Positions 28,062-42,133 are shown, counted from the stretch's first letter. The stretch: 64,000 nucleotides of DNA from Pristiophorus japonicus (GCF_044704955.1 NC_091984.1:198090001-198154000); one strand, 5' to 3'. Made by a program: numbers and translations. The notes: a model not told the origin generated them from the sequence alone.

Positions 28062-30671
28062 CAGCCGAAACAGAGGAGGATGCTCCATAGTCCCTCACCG
28101 TTGACAGTGTCAAAGGCCTTTGTGAGGTCAAAGAAGGCCATGTACAAGGTGCTGTTCCCTGCATTTCTCTTGCAGTTGTTGCACAGTGAAGATCATGTCC
28201 GCATTGCGACTCTGGGAGAAGCTCTTCAACCACAGGAAGAAGACGGTTGAGGGGGATTCAATGATGACTTTCCCGGTGGCCGACAGCTTGGAGATTCCTC
28301 TGTAGTTGCCGCAGTCGGACTGGTCCCTTTTTTTAAAGATGGTCATGATTACGGCATCTGTGAGATCTCCTGGCATGCTCTCCTTCTTCCAGATAAGAGA
28401 GATGAGTTCATGCATTCGTGCTTCTCCACCATATTTTAGTGCCTCAGCGGGGATTCCATCTGCTCCTGATGCCTTGTTGTTCTTGAGCTGACGGATAGCC
28501 TTTTCTATCTCGTGCAGGACTGGGGTTATTCTGAGATGGTGGCGGGTAGCATGCTGTGGAATGGAGTTGAGGATACTGGTGTCAAAGGCAGAGTCTTGAT
28601 TAAGGAGATCTTCGAAGTGCTCCTTCCAGCGGGCCCTGACTTAATGAGTGCCCTTAATGAGTGTCTCCCTGTTCTTGGCCAGCAGTGGGGTGGGGCCTTG
28701 GCCGTAGGTGGACTTAACTGCGGTGAAGAATCCTCGCACATCATGGCTGTCGGCCAGCTGCTGGATCTCCTGTGCTTTCTCCACCCACCATCTATTCTTT
28801 AGGTCGCCGGTTTTTTGCTGGAACTCAGCCTTCAGCCGTCTGTAGAGCTGCTCCTGAATTGGGTTGCTGCTTCAAGTTCAGAAATGCCTTGTGCTTGCGG
28901 TTTATTAGCTCCTGGATCTCCTGGTCATTCTCGTCAAACCAGTCTTGGTGTTTCCTGGTTGAGGGACTGAGCGTCTCTTCGAAGGCACTGGTTATGGAAG
29001 CCTTGACGGCAGACCAGACCCTGTGGGCTCTCTATGTCTCGGGGTCATCAAGGGTCACCAGGTTGGCAGTGAGTCGCTGGCTGTATAGGGCTCTCTTAAA
29101 CTGGGTCTTTGAGTGCCCCGGCATTTATTTTTCTACGGCATTGCTTCTGTTGCCGCCTCCGCTTTGAGGCTATATTAATGTTGATGATGGAACAGATTAA
29201 GCAGTGGCCCATCCAGAAGTCATCGGCTCCTGTCATGGCGCAGGTGATGCGCACGTCCTTGCGATCCCTCGCTCAGACGATGATGTAGTCGAGCAGGTGC
29301 CAGTGCTTGGAGCAAGGGTGTTGCCATGAAGCCTTGTACTTGTCCCTCTGGCAGAACAATGTGTTGGTGATGACAAGGTCATGTTCTAGGCATTTTGTCA
29401 GGAGCAGGGTACTGCTGGAGTTGGTTTTCCCTTCCCCCTCTCTGCCAATCATGCCTCCCCAGAGGTCTGTGTCCTTACTGACTCTGGCACTGAAGTCGCC
29501 AAGGAGGATCAGTTTGTCACCCGTAGGAACTCGGGACAGGGATTGTTTGAGGCTGGAGTAGAATTCCTCTTTGGCCTCATCTGTTGTGTTGAGTGTTGGG
29601 GCATATGCACTGATAACTGTGGCGCGCTGTTTCCGGAATAGGGTGAACCGGAGAGTCATGAGACTTTCGCTTATCCGGTAGGAGGAATCTCTTGAGGTGG
29701 CCGACCAGCTCGTTCTTGATGTCGAAGTCCACTCCATGGAAGCGGCGTTATTCTTCTGGTATGCCTTTCCAGAAGAAGGTGTAACCTCCACCTTGTTGTT
29801 TGAGCTGGCCTTCCCCTGCCTGCCGGGTCAAAGCATCTAAGTTCCTGGGCAACGATGACAGTGCAGCATTCCGGTCTGCCGCTGTTGGGGTTGTCCATGA
29901 GGGTCCTGACGTTCCAGGTTCCGAACTTCATTTTGAGGGGGTGGAAGATGCCTGTGCGCGAGTTTTTATAATGTGGGGTGGCAGTTGCACACCGGCTACC
30001 ACACGGGCTTAGCAGAGCAAGTTCTTGGTCCAGTGGCAAGGGGGTCCAAGATGACGCTACTGTATGGGTCTAGTTGCCTACGTTAGGATACGGTAGACTC
30101 TTCAAAGCGCTGGAGAAATACCACCAGCTCTGCCTCCGCAAGATCCTGCAAATCCACTGGGAGGATAGACACACCAATGTCCGTGTTCTCGATCAGGCCA
30201 ACAACCCCAGCATCGAAGCACTGAACCACACTCAACCAGCTCCGTTGGGCGGGCCACATCGTCCGCATGCCCGACACGAGATTCCCAAAGCAAGCGCTCT
30301 ACTTGGAACTCCTACACAGTAAGCAAGCCCCAGGTAGGCAGAGGAAATATTTTAAGGACACCCTCAAAGCCTCCTTGATAAAGTGCAACATTCCCACCAG
30401 CACCTGGGAATCCCTGGCCCAAGACCACCCTAAATGGAGGAAGAGCATCCAGGAGGGCACTTGAGTCTCATCGCCAAGAGCACGCAGAAACCAAGTGCAG
30501 ACAGCGGAAAGAGCGTGCGGCAAACCAGTCCCACCTACCCTTTCCCTCAACGACTATCTGTCCCGCCTGTGACAGGGACTGTGATTCTCATATTGGACTA
30601 TACAGTTATTTGAGAACTCACTTTTAGAGTGGAAGCAAGTCTTCCACGATTTTGAGGGTCTGCCTGTGAGA
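28062..30671 (+). mobile_element. RTE-clade LINE, 5'-inverted, 43-bp TSD
   Basis: 28062-~30055 is an inverted 5'UTR/APE endonuclease/RT start. ~30056-30671 is the forward 3' end. Flanked by a 43-bp duplication. Confidence 0.88.
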
Positions 30672-31359
30672 TTGTGTGCTGTTAAAATAAATCATTTTGA
30701 TGGAAAAATTAGATTAAGTCTGCCAATAAATTGCTAATAAATGAGAATCATAATTTATCCAGAATTTTATAATTAGATATCATTTTTGTTTTTAGTATCA
30801 AGAGTACATCTTGATGGTGATCAGGTCTATATGAAGATGAGCATTATAATCAAAGTTTAAAAAAAATGTGCAGGGAATCTAAGCACTTCCAGTTAATTGG
30901 GATGATCTCAAATGTTCTCTGTCTCTTGTGGAGATCTGAATCCTGAATGATGTTTAATTGCAGGAGGAGTTCTGTGAAGTTGTTATCGCACCATTGCCAT
31001 CACTTTTTCCCTCCTTTAGTACAATTAATGCATAGTAGCACCCTGATGATATCAAATTAATATTGTCATGTTAAGCAGATTGTTCAGAGGATGGGGGAAC
31101 CATGTCAAATTATAAAATCGCAGTGACTCATACCGTGAACATTAAATTATAACCCTTTGAGTGGCACAATAGGTGCATCACAATGTGATAAGGTATGGGC
31201 TTGTGGTCATGTAGCAAGTTGTAATGTTAGGTTTTCAAGAAAAACTGTGGTAGTGGTACAGTACATTAGTACACCAACCTACTGCACCACTGAAAAAAAA
31301 CTTTACTTCAATGTTCATAGTATGAGTTCTTATATCTGTCTTTAAGTAATTAAAAAACC

Positions 31360-31880
31360 GACATGGTGTACCCAAACTTTGTCAAATGCTTTTTATAAGT
31401 TCTGTATGAAAGACTACCAGTTAAGTTCAAAGCTGTGCAGATCCAGAGTAAATCTTGAGATTGAGTAAAAAAATTGGCTAAATGTTAGTGGTTATTAGTC
31501 TGAGGAGTTATGTCCAGATAAGGGAGGGAACAAGTATTGTGTCTGAGATAAGTTGCTCCATTCTTTCCTCTTAAGACTTTTCAGTCTTAAAAGGAAGCAA
31601 CCGAGAGGGGATCTGATAGAGAGGAATAAGATAGTGATAGGTAAGGAAAAGTTAGATCCAGAAAATTACTTCAAACTAAATACCGAGATCAAGACAAAAA
31701 GAGACACAGGTTTAAACTAGTAAAAGGCATATTTATGATGTCAAGAAGTTTTTCTTCACCCAAAGAGTGATCAACAGTTTGAATGTACTTCCAGGTAAAG
31801 TAGTGGGGGCAAAACCCCTGAAACTGTTCAAATAAAATGAGATGTTACAAAGGGGGTCTTTCTGGATGAACAAAGATGAC
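31360..31880 (+). mobile_element. old CR1-like fragment
   Basis: Degenerate LFSL.R....GDLIE and RGHRFKL-like C-terminal segments. Confidence 0.5.
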
Positions 31881-32992
31881 CATCCTCAAGTCATATCTTT
31901 CTTGGGATTTTCTGAAGATACTGACTTGTGTTGCAGTATGGTTCCACGATTATCTCACCCACGTGTCTATTCAACAGTGAAAGTGGAAAGTGAACTGAAC
32001 CAAAATCTGTCCTCACCCGAGATCCACAGATGCATATTTGCCACTAAGGGCAAATGGTTAGGGATAAGGAGAGGGAACCCTAGCTTATCTTTCTTCTCCA
32101 TAATTAAAGGTACCGAGGGCAACAATTATGCCTCAAATGTTGCCAGAGCTACAATCAGGTAATTCAGCACAAACTGGGAGATTGAATCTGGGAACTCTCT
32201 GGTTAGGATGGCTCCATCATAATGTGTCTTCTTAGTGGGAGGGAGGAGAAAAGTACACTTATGCTATAATAAGAGTGTTTATGAATTGTTCCATCATTGC
32301 CAATTTGTATTTGAATTTCAGCAGGCTGCTCCATGAGAAAAAGGGACAATCTTGTACCAACTTTTCACACACATTGCAGCATCGTCAGTACATGTGCAGT
32401 GCGGACGATTACAGCTTATTGAATAGAGAAGTTATGGGGATAGAAATTGGTCCTCATTGCATCCATTTTACAGGCGCAATAAGGGAAAATTTTGGGGATT
32501 AACATACTGCACCCGACAATGCCTGATATTCAACCCAATATTGGGTCGGGCCATTTTTCATTTTTCAGGCGTCCAAGTCAGCTGTCTAAAACAGGCATTA
32601 GGCCCCTTGCATATGCGAACGAGATCTATTGCTTGTTTTTGGACCTCGTGGGGAAATTGGGCTGCCCTGAGCAGAGCAGGTGTTGGGCTCAGCTTTTGCA
32701 TGCGTGGATGTGGCTCAGCAAGCAATGCTATTTTTTTTTAAATAAAAAGGGTTGATGTGGAGCGAGGAGGAGCAATAGTGCTTCTCCTTCCCCACTGATG
32801 GCCTGGTCTCCTCTCCTCCTCCAGCACGTGGTGAGTACAATGGCTGTAACCCCCATTCTGAACCCTAGTGCACCACTGGCCCCTTCAATACCTGCCCCAA
32901 CCAAGCCTTGGACCACCTACCATCAAGGGCGCTACCCAGCGCCGAGCCTGTCGCTAACATCTCGCTGTAGGCAATTAGGCCCATATAGTAGT

Positions 32993-35797
32993 GCCTGGTC
33001 TCCAGTCGTCCTGTACCCTCTTGCCACTGGACTAAGACCTCGCTCAGCTAAGCCCGTGTGGTAGATGGTGTGCAACGATCACCCCACGTTAAAATAAATC
33101 ACACACAGGCATCTTCCACTCCTCTAACATGAAGTTTGGGACTTGGAACGTCAGGACCCTCATGGATAAACAGTGACAGACCGGAACGCCGCACCGCCAT
33201 AGTTGCCCGGGAATTTAAGACGCTTTGATATCGACATCGCAGCCCTAAGCGAGACCCGGCAGGCAGGGGAAGGCCAGCTTAAGGAACAAGTTGGAGGTTA
33301 CACCTTCTTCTGGAAAAGGAAACCAGAGGAAGAACACCGCCTCCACGGAGTCGGCTTCGCCATCAAAAACGAGCTGGTCGACCACCTCAAAGACTCCTCC
33401 TGCGGGGCTAACGAATGCCTCATGATGCTTCAACTCATCCTATCCCGGAACCAGTGCATCACAGTCATCAGTGCTTACGCCCCAACACTCGATGCAACAG
33501 ATGAGGCCAAAGAGGGTTTTTACTCCAACCTCGGAAAATCCCTGACCTGCGTCCCGCCGGGCGACAAACTGATCCTCCCCGGCGACTTCAACGCCAGGGT
33601 CGGCAAGGACACAGACATCTGGGGAGACGTGATTGGCAGAGAGAGGATAGAGAAAGCCAACTCCAGCGGTACCCTACTCTCGACAAAATGTCTAGAGCAT
33701 GAACTTGCCATCACCAACACCTTGTTCCGCCAGAGGGACAAATACAAGGCATTGTGGCAACATCCTCGCTCCAAACACCGGCACCTACTCAACTATGTCA
33801 TCGTCCGAGCCAGGGATCGCAAGGATGTGCGCGTCACCCGTGCCATGACAGGAGCTGACGACTGCTGGACGGACCACCACCTAATCCAATCCATCATTGA
33901 CATCAACATAGCCCCAAAGCGAAGGGGCCAGCAGAAGCAGTGACGCAAAAAAGTCAATGCCAAGGGCACTTAAGGACCCAGCTAAGAGAGCCCTTTACAG
34001 TCAGCGCCTCACAGCTAACCTGGCATGCCTTGATGACCCCACGATGCAGAATGTCCACAGCGCTTGGTCTGCCCTCCAGGCCTCCATAACCAGTGTCTGC
34101 AAAGAGACGCTCGGTCACTCAACCAGGAAACACCAGGACTGGTTTGATGAGAATGATCAGGAGATTCAAGAACTAATAGATTGCAAGCGCAGGGTTTTTC
34201 TGAGCCTTAAACAGCAACCCAACTCGGGAGCAGCAAAGCAGCATTACAGACAGCTCAAGGCTAAGGTCCAACAAAAAACCCGGGACCTAAAGAACAGGTG
34301 GTGGATGGAGAAAGCACAGGAGATACAGCAACTAGCCGACAGCTATGATGTGCGAGGATTCTTCACTGCAGTCAAGGCCACATACGGACCAAACTCCCAA
34401 GGCCCCACCCCATTCCTGGCCAAGAACGGGGAAACACTCATCAAGGCATTCAGGGCCCGCTGGAAGGAACACTTCAAAGATCTCCTCAAATCAACATTCT
34501 GCCTTTGACTCGAGTGTTCTCGACTCCATTCCGCAGCATGCTACCTGCCACCACCTCAGCAAGACCCCAACACTGCATGAGGTAGAAAAGGCTATAAGAC
34601 AGCTAAAAAACAAGGCTACGGGAGTGGATGGAATCCCTACTGAGGCACTGAAGTATGGCGGAGAGGCACTACTGGCGCGAACACACGACCTCACCTCTCT
34701 CATCTGGAGGGAGGAGAGCATGCCGGGAGGTCTTAGAGATGCAGTGATCGTGACCATCTTTAAAAAAAGGGGACAAGTCCGACTGCGGCAACTACAGAGG
34801 AATCTCCCTGCTATCAACCACTGGGAAAGTCGTTCATAGAGTCCTCCTCAATCGTCTACTCCCCGTGGCCGAGGAGCTCCTCCCGGAGTCACAGTGCGTA
34901 TTTCGTCCCCTCCGGGGCACAACGGACATGGTTTTTGCAGTGCGACAAAGGTCCTCCACCAGCCTGTCCTCGCTGCACAGCACTGCCCCCCCAGACATCG
35001 AGATCCACGGTGTGGTCCTGGACAACGTGGACCAATTCCCCGATCTCGGGAGCCTCCTATCAACAAGAGCAGGTATTGACGACGAGATCCAACATCGTCT
35101 CCACTGCACCAGTGCAGCCTTCGGCCATCTGAGGAAAAGAGTGTTTGAAGACCAGGCCCTCAAAATTGTCACCAAGCTCATGGTCTACAGGGGCTGTAGT
35201 AATACCCGCCCTCCTGTATGGCTGAGACACTCAAGTGCAGCAGACACCTCAAGTCACTGGCGAAATACCACCAGCAATGTCTCCACAAGATCCTTCAAAT
35301 CCTCTGGGAGGACAGACGCACAAACATTAACGTCCTCGTCCAGACCAACATCCCCAGCATTGAAGCACTGACCACAATTGATAAGGCCACACGAGACTCC
35401 CAAACCAAGCGCTCTATTCGGAACTCGTCCACGGCAAACGAGCCAAAGGTGGGCAGAGGAAACGTTACAAGGACACCCTCAAAGCCTCCCTGATAAAGTA
35501 CGACATCCCCACTGACACCTGGGACCCTGGCCATTGACCGCCCTAAGTGGAGGAAGTGCATACGGGAGGGCGCTGAGCTCAGAGTATCGTTGCCGAGAGC
35601 ATGCAGAAATCAAGCACAGGCAGCAGAAGGAGCGTGCGGCAAACGAGTCCCACCCACCCCTTCCGTCAACGACTATCTGTCCCACCTGTGACAGAGACTG
35701 TGGTTCTCGTATTGGACTGTACAGCCACCTAAGAACTTATGCTAAGAGTGGAAGCAAGTCTTCCTCGATTCCGAGGGACTGCCTATGATGATGATGA
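32993..35797 (+). mobile_element. RTE-clade LINE, near full-length, RT core deleted
   Basis: 5'UTR, MKFGTWNVRTL, APE motifs (ALSET, SAYAPT, GDFNARVG, TDH), linker, RT start and (ATG)n tail. Contains stops and frameshifts, plus an internal deletion at ~34945. Confidence 0.9.
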
Positions 35798-37938
35798 CCA
35801 GATAAAATCATGAAAGCTGCCGGGTTGTCTGAACAACCCTACTGGTTTCACTAACGTCCTTCTGGGAAGGGGCATACCACTCCTATCCAGTCTACATCAG
35901 GCTCCAGTCCCATACTAAGTAGTTGACTCAATGCCTTTCGGGCTTTGTTCATGTTGCCCACATCCCAAGGACAAAAAAAAAAGTTTGAAACCCAGATTTT
36001 TTTGAAAAGCTCCATTCCACGTGGAAATGTGCCATTAGATGAACAATGGCAAAGGTAAATGTCATCAGTACAGCAAAGTTATTTATCTTGCAGAATGTTG
36101 TTCCTGATTCTTTGAATAAAATCATCCAACACCTACAACAGGTTGTAACTCAGACCATCAAATAGGGCAATCACCTTGGAAAATGTCCCTTTAAGAACTT
36201 TAATGTGAGACTTTGTGACACTGTCCTTTGCCTTTTTTGACTGATGTATTAGTTCTTTCCTGAAGTAGCAAATTGATTGTACCATAAACGATGAAAAGGC
36301 AAAAAAAAACTTGTCCTATAACAAATCATGCATATTTGGGTGGATAATGGCAATTACCAGATAATTAAGAGTCCCCAAATGTTGATCTCACACACATGGT
36401 CCAGCAACACCTTCGGTGAAAGAATACAAATAGACAAGAATATAAATGAAACATCAAAGTTCGTACATCAAAAATTGGTGTGAATTCTGGAAAACAATTA
36501 AGGTAGTGGAAAGTTTAAATTCCACGGTACGTTGAATTGCTAATCTACACCACAAACTCAACAGAAAAAGCAAAATACTCCAGTGTTCATTGGCCCATTT
36601 AGAGTGCAGACGTACTCTCTTTTCAATACACTGGCACTGGTGCAATATTTCTGAAGTGTCACGCTGGCTGCAACACAAACCTGTGCATTGACGGAAGAGT
36701 TATCCAGCTTGAGCATACTGTTCCATTGATGTTTATTGAACCTAGTTTCTAGTGTTTCAGGCAACTATGGGCCACTGAATATGTCACAATCGAGTAGATC
36801 CCAAGGCTAGACTCTCATAGCCCCATGACTATTTCTCTGGAATCTAAGCCAGCTTCAGACTGCTCTTGACAATGTTATTGTTGATGTTGGACTGACTTAG
36901 ACCAGCCACCTAATTTATCAAAATAAAAACAGTCAAACTCCATGAGAACATATTTTGAGCAAAATCTCTTGTCTACAATGTTCACATTAATAAGATTTGT
37001 ATTATGTAGGTAGGTTTGACAGGCGTGTATCATGTAGGATTTTAAACATACAATAGGGTGCCCTGAACAGCCTTCCACAATCATGAGCACTGAGAAAAAT
37101 GATTTCTCACTTCAATCTCACTTAGTTCCAACTGATTTCATGGTCGTTTACACAATACACTATTGCTGATGGATTCCGCTGATCGAGAATTCTAGCTGCT
37201 TTTATTCTTCTATGTATGCATCACAGGCTGGTGCATAGCCCTTTGCTTTATCTTTTCTTTGTTTGTAAGGTCATTTTAAAAACTAAGAAAGCAGCACTTT
37301 CCGAATCTGTATGGCGTTCCATTATAAATTCCCATACCCACATTTATAAGAATGGCGGCCTATGTAAAGTTGTCATGCTGTTTGCTCTTGGTGATGCTGT
37401 TTTGCCTGTCATAGCTTCTCAGAGAAACTTCTAGGGACCAACCAAATTGCCTTCCAAGTTGCCATGAAGTTTTGCTATTTAACTCTAAACAATAAAAGTA
37501 ATAAAGGGGCAAATGTTAGAATTTAAAATAGGGACTGAATTACATCTGTCTGGCAAGTCGGCTCATCACTTGCCCCTAACCCTGCTTCACTTGAAGTCTC
37601 TTAGTCCCCATGTACAATACCACAGGAGATTAACCATTATCGGTCTTAGAGAAGCTCTGTGCTGAACATCAGTGACCAGTAAGTTCTGCTGAAAAACTGC
37701 CCAAAGTCAAGGTAGAAAGCCCATCAGCCTGGGATGAAAGGACACGGTATTCTAACTCAACATTCACACCATTTTCCATCCAAGTTTGTTTTTTCCAACA
37801 CGAGGAAATGCTTAAATAATTTGGGTACCATAGACAGGGTGCAGACCTGCTCAGTGGAAAGTGCTAATAAAGTTACATTAGTAATTCCCAATGTTAAAAT
37901 CAGGCCACAAAGGTCTGATGCACATATATTTCATTGAC

Positions 37939-37944
37939 TTTATT
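37939..37944 (-). terminator. candidate PLBD2 poly(A) signal AATAAA
   Basis: TTTATT on the plus strand ~0.9 kb past the stop codon. A second AATAAA overlaps the stop at 38834-38839. Confidence 0.4.
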
Positions 37945-38834
37945 CAAACATCACAACTCAGTACAGACAACATCCTCTGTACTCAAAAGAGTACATCAGC
38001 AACCTTTGTATTCAAAAGTAATGCACAATTTTATGTATTAGCACCAGATATGTAGAATTTAATATTAAAAAATAGCTTAAGTTGCAAATAATGTACCAAC
38101 CAGGTTAACAGCAACCATCCATGGCTTAAGTCCAGTCTGGTTTTCTGCTGGGCGGTCTGCTGACAGGCAACTGATCAATCATTCGGGTGCACAAGTTGCA
38201 GGAAGGTGCAACATGGGCCCAATGTCATGGTACCTGTACTGTGACAGCTCTGACCTTAAATTGGTTTAACTGTTAGCCAAAGGTGGTGGTTTTGTCAGCT
38301 CACCCTGAATTCAGCCAGCGCTGTCTATCTGCATGATTTGCCTCGGTCAAGAGGATGGACAACTGTAGGTCCATCAGGCCACTCGAATTGAAAAGAAGCA
38401 GCCCTGCTGGGAGTGAAATTTTCTCTGTTCATTAAGTCATTACAAAATGATAGAAGCTTTAACAAAAATCTCTTAGCAGATTATTAGCTGTAAAAATACA
38501 TTAGTCAAGAAAGCCTGCCTTAAGCTTTAATTTGTGCGTGTTATGTTACCATCATGTTGAAGCGGAAGACCATGTACATCAAATTTCATCAAGTACACAA
38601 CAATGCTGATGCAAGATTGCATTCAAAATGAAACTTAAGTTAGTGATTATTTTGCAGAATTTACACCACAAATGGTGCTCCGACATTTAGAATCATCCTC
38701 TCATTTCAAAAATCAGCTTTGTACGAGTTAACCCAAGAATATTTTAAGTAAGGCAGATGATAAACATAAATGTCTTAATCTGATTTAAAATACTTTAAAA
38801 CAAAAAAATAAATCTGGTAAATGTTCTTAGGTTT

Positions 38835-39002
38835 TTATTTCCACTGCACCATCACTGGTAGAAACCTCCACAAATCAGGGAGTCCCATGTGCACAAGGTT
38901 GCTGAACGGAGATTTACTCCACTGAAATGCTGGAACCTCGTCCCACGTTGGGCCATTCACTGCAATCATTCGATAGGTGCTGTGCAACTCAAACGAGGTA
39001 AC
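38835..39002 (-). CDS. PLBD2: PLBD2 last coding exon
   Basis: AG acceptor. VTSFELHSTYRMIAVNGPTWDEVPAFQWSKSPFSNLVHMGLPDLWRFLPVMVQWK, then TAA at 38837-38835. Confidence 0.93.
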   Translation of the reverse strand, partial: VTSFELHSTYRMIAVNGPTWDEVPAFQWSKSPFSNLVHMGLPDLWRFLPVMVQWK

Positions 39003-39883
39003 CTAGGCATTAACACAAGTCAAATGAGTTAACCTTAAGCTTTAGAGAGCCACTTTAGCATAATACTGGGCTCAGAGAAGAATTGCTTATAGCTATGATT
39101 TGATTATCTTCAAATGAAATAAGAGCGTGTTTGTGGAATATAAGCCATGTTCTATAAATACTTGTGTTTCACACAATTTATTACTTTTGGTGAGCAAGGA
39201 TAATTATGCAAACGACAATATCTATAACCATGTAGAGACAGAAACAACCAGTTAAACCTGCTATTTTAGTTGAAGGAATCTTGACCATGGAATCTCATTG
39301 CCCTTCTTTATATAGGGCCATAGAATCTTTGAATCGTACCATGAGATCTTTGAGGCCTTCTTGTACAAGCAAATGGAACCATATTTGAAGGATAGGACCT
39401 CAGACAATGTAATGTCTGCCTCAATTATACACTCAGGTCTTGGTGTGGGATTCAAACCCACAATTTTCAGACTCAGGTGAGAGTACTACCAAGTGGGCCA
39501 AACTCATATTGCATCATTGCATCACTGATAGGCAAACATACTGCGAGGAGGCGGGGGGTCATTAAAGAGGGAGGTAACACTACAATCACTGACAAGGAAA
39601 GAGTTCCTCCATTGCTTGGTTAATTGTTAAATTTTTTCTCTCAAGAGCTCCTTTGTGAATTATACAAATATCCATTTAAGGAAAGGAGTTAAAATTAGCA
39701 TGCCTTATCTAAGTTTTCAGGTATTATTCAGCAGGTGTACAAGCTATCAGCCAGCATTAAATTATAAGCCCATGTGTTCTATGTGGGATGCGGAGGGAGA
39801 GAAGAGTGGGAAAGTGAAAAATTACCAAAAGACAGTAAACTGAAAGAAATGGAAATATCCTTTTTTTTACTTCAAATTTCTTT

Positions 39884-40489
39884 GGGCTAAACTTTCACCA
39901 TTTTCGGCAGTTTTCTCGGAGGTACAGCTGTTTTTGGGAGAGAAACCGCCCGCCGAAAGTTTCCCCATACTTTTTGAATGGTACTGGCCAAATCTGAAAA
40001 TGCCTGCCGAGACCAAACCGCCGAGAAAATCGCCAAGGTGCAAGTTTGGCCTCAACGGAAGCCCGTCCAGATCGCCGAGGGAACCATCCTGTGAAAGCTG
40101 CTTAAACAGGATGGTAGATGAGTACTCGGCAAAGAAAGGCAAGCTAAAGGTTCTTAATTTTTTTAACATTGTAAAACAGCGATTAGCTTTAAAACGGTCT
40201 TGGAAATGTTTAATTTTTTTTTAAAAAAGTGATTTTAAAAAAAAGTTTCCCCCCCCTCCTTGGGCCCAACCGCAGCCTCAAAGTAAATTAAAAAAAAACA
40301 TTTTAAGAACCGCCCGTCTCACTTAGTTTTGCCTTTAACCACCGAGAATACTGGTGCAAGATCCATTTTCTCGCCGGGCGATTATTTTTAACTTAATTAT
40401 GGAAATTCTCGCCAGTCTAGTTGCAAAACTAGAGTGGTTTTTCTGAGTGGGCAATCTGGCGTTGAGGGGCTCTCAGAAAAGTCTAGCTC
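39884..40489. mobile_element. GC-rich non-autonomous DNA transposon (Harbinger-like TIRs)
   Basis: TIRs GGGCTAAACTTT / AAAGTCTAGCTC, with TTT on both flanks. CpG-rich arms around an AT-rich core. Confidence 0.5.
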
Positions 40490-40749
40490 TTTGTGTAAAT
40501 ATACAAAAGAAAAACTAGAAATCTGAAACAGACAGTCAGTACCAGAATAAGAGAGCTAGATTAATGTTTTGGGTGGAACCCATCAGAATTCCTGCTATTC
40601 TTATGAAAGGTCCCATCCAAAATGTTAATTGATCTCTTTCAGATGCTGACCAAATTGCTGTGTGTTTCCAGCATTTGCTGTCCCCTCCACCCAATTCTGT
40701 GCGCTGTTCCCACGTCCCCTCCACACAACATTATCTCAGAACAGCTCAC

Positions 40750-40912
40750 CTTCATGTCTGTACCTCCATGTGAACGCAGTCCTAATGCTGAAAATGGGTA
40801 AGTTCCATTAGCCGGATTGAGGTCAGATCTGGCAGAGATTGAATTCTCACCGTTGTGTTTAGGATCACACTGCTGACATTCAGACAGAGGGTCATTCTTA
40901 AAGTTATTATAC
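40750..40912 (-). CDS. PLBD2: PLBD2 penultimate coding exon
   Basis: AG/GT bounded, 163 nt. YNNFKNDPLSECQQCDPKHNGENSISARSDLNPANGTYPFSALGLRSHGGTDMK. Confidence 0.94.
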
Positions 40913-41005
40913 CTGACAAATATAAATTTATTGTAATTAATTATTCTGAAAAAGTGAAAACATGAGCAAAAGATCAAAATTATATTTTGTTTACTTAATT
41001 TATAA

Positions 41006-41470
41006 GTGTCAGCTGCAGGTCAGTAGATAAGCACACTCTCGTCGGAGTCAGAAGGTTGTGGGTGCAAGTCCCACTCCAGGGACTTGAGCACATAAATCTA
41101 GGCTGACACTCCAGTGTAATGTTGAGGGAGTACTGCATTATCAGAGGTGCCATCTTTTGGATGAGACATTAAACTGAGGCCCTGTCTGGTCTCTTAGTGG
41201 GACTTCAAAATAGTGCCATGGAATCTTTGAAGAGCAGCAAGGGAGGTATCCCCGGTGTCCTGGCCAATATTTATCCCTCAATCAACATAACAAACACAGA
41301 TTATCTGGTCATTATCACATTGCTGTTTGTGGGAGCTTGCTGTGCGCAAATTGTTTGTAGCATTTCCCACATTAAAACAGTGACTACATTCCAAAATTAC
41401 TTCATTGGCTGTAAAACGCTTTGAGATGTCCAGTGATCATGAAAGATGCTATATAAATGCAAATCTTTCA
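41006..41470 (+). mobile_element. tRNA-derived SINE with L2-like tail (Deu-SINE-like)
   Basis: tRNA-like head (GAAGGTTGTGGGTGCAAGTCCC), shared body and GCTATATAAATGCAA tail. Homologous to four other copies in the window. Confidence 0.75.
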
Positions 41471-41534
41471 TTTTCTTTCTTTAAATGCATTACTTTATAT
41501 CTGAAAGTTGGTAGTGCATTATTTAAAATCATAG

Positions 41535-42133
41535 GGGCCGATTTTCAGCAGCCCACCACTCTCTACCGCCCACATTCCTCCTACAGATCCACCCAGTGCC
41601 ACTTTGGAGGTGGCCTGGAGGAGAGCCACTGGGAACCGCCCGTTGATGGCCGAGTGGCGCAACTGAGCTCCCGCCCGCCGGGTTCCCTGATTCCTGTGGG
41701 CGGGAGTCGGCGCAGAGCGGGGGTGGACCACTGTGAGGAGGCTGGTCTGTCCCCGACGGTACGTCTGAACCACCTGAAAAAAAGGTAAGTGAACATTTAA
41801 AAAAAAAACATTTTCAACAGTGACTTACCTATATGGGGTCCCGACGGTCTTTGGATGGTTTTTGTATTTTTTTTTTGTGATTTTTATTTTCAGGTCTTTG
41901 ACCCTCCGCGGGCCCGACTCCATCCTCGGCGGCACTTGGGCGGCAAGCGCCTCTGCGGCTGAGAATGCAACCTCCCCCGTCTGCCGCCCAGATTGGCGAC
42001 ATATGTCTTCCATTTTCCACCCACCGACCTTTGAGGGACCTCGGCCATGAATATCCCGCCCAAAGTACCATCCGGTACCTTGGCATCCATCGGCATCACT
42101 TGGGCAGGCAGAGGCCTTGCTGAAAATCTACCC
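41535..42133. mobile_element. GC-rich non-autonomous DNA transposon (Harbinger-like TIRs)
   Basis: TIRs GGGCCGATTTTCAGCA / TGCTGAAAATCTACCC, with ATAG on both flanks. Confidence 0.55.

Noticed and set aside
33203-35797. active or domesticated endonuclease/RT gene
   Set aside because: Multiple stops and frameshifts and a deleted RT core make it a decayed RTE copy.
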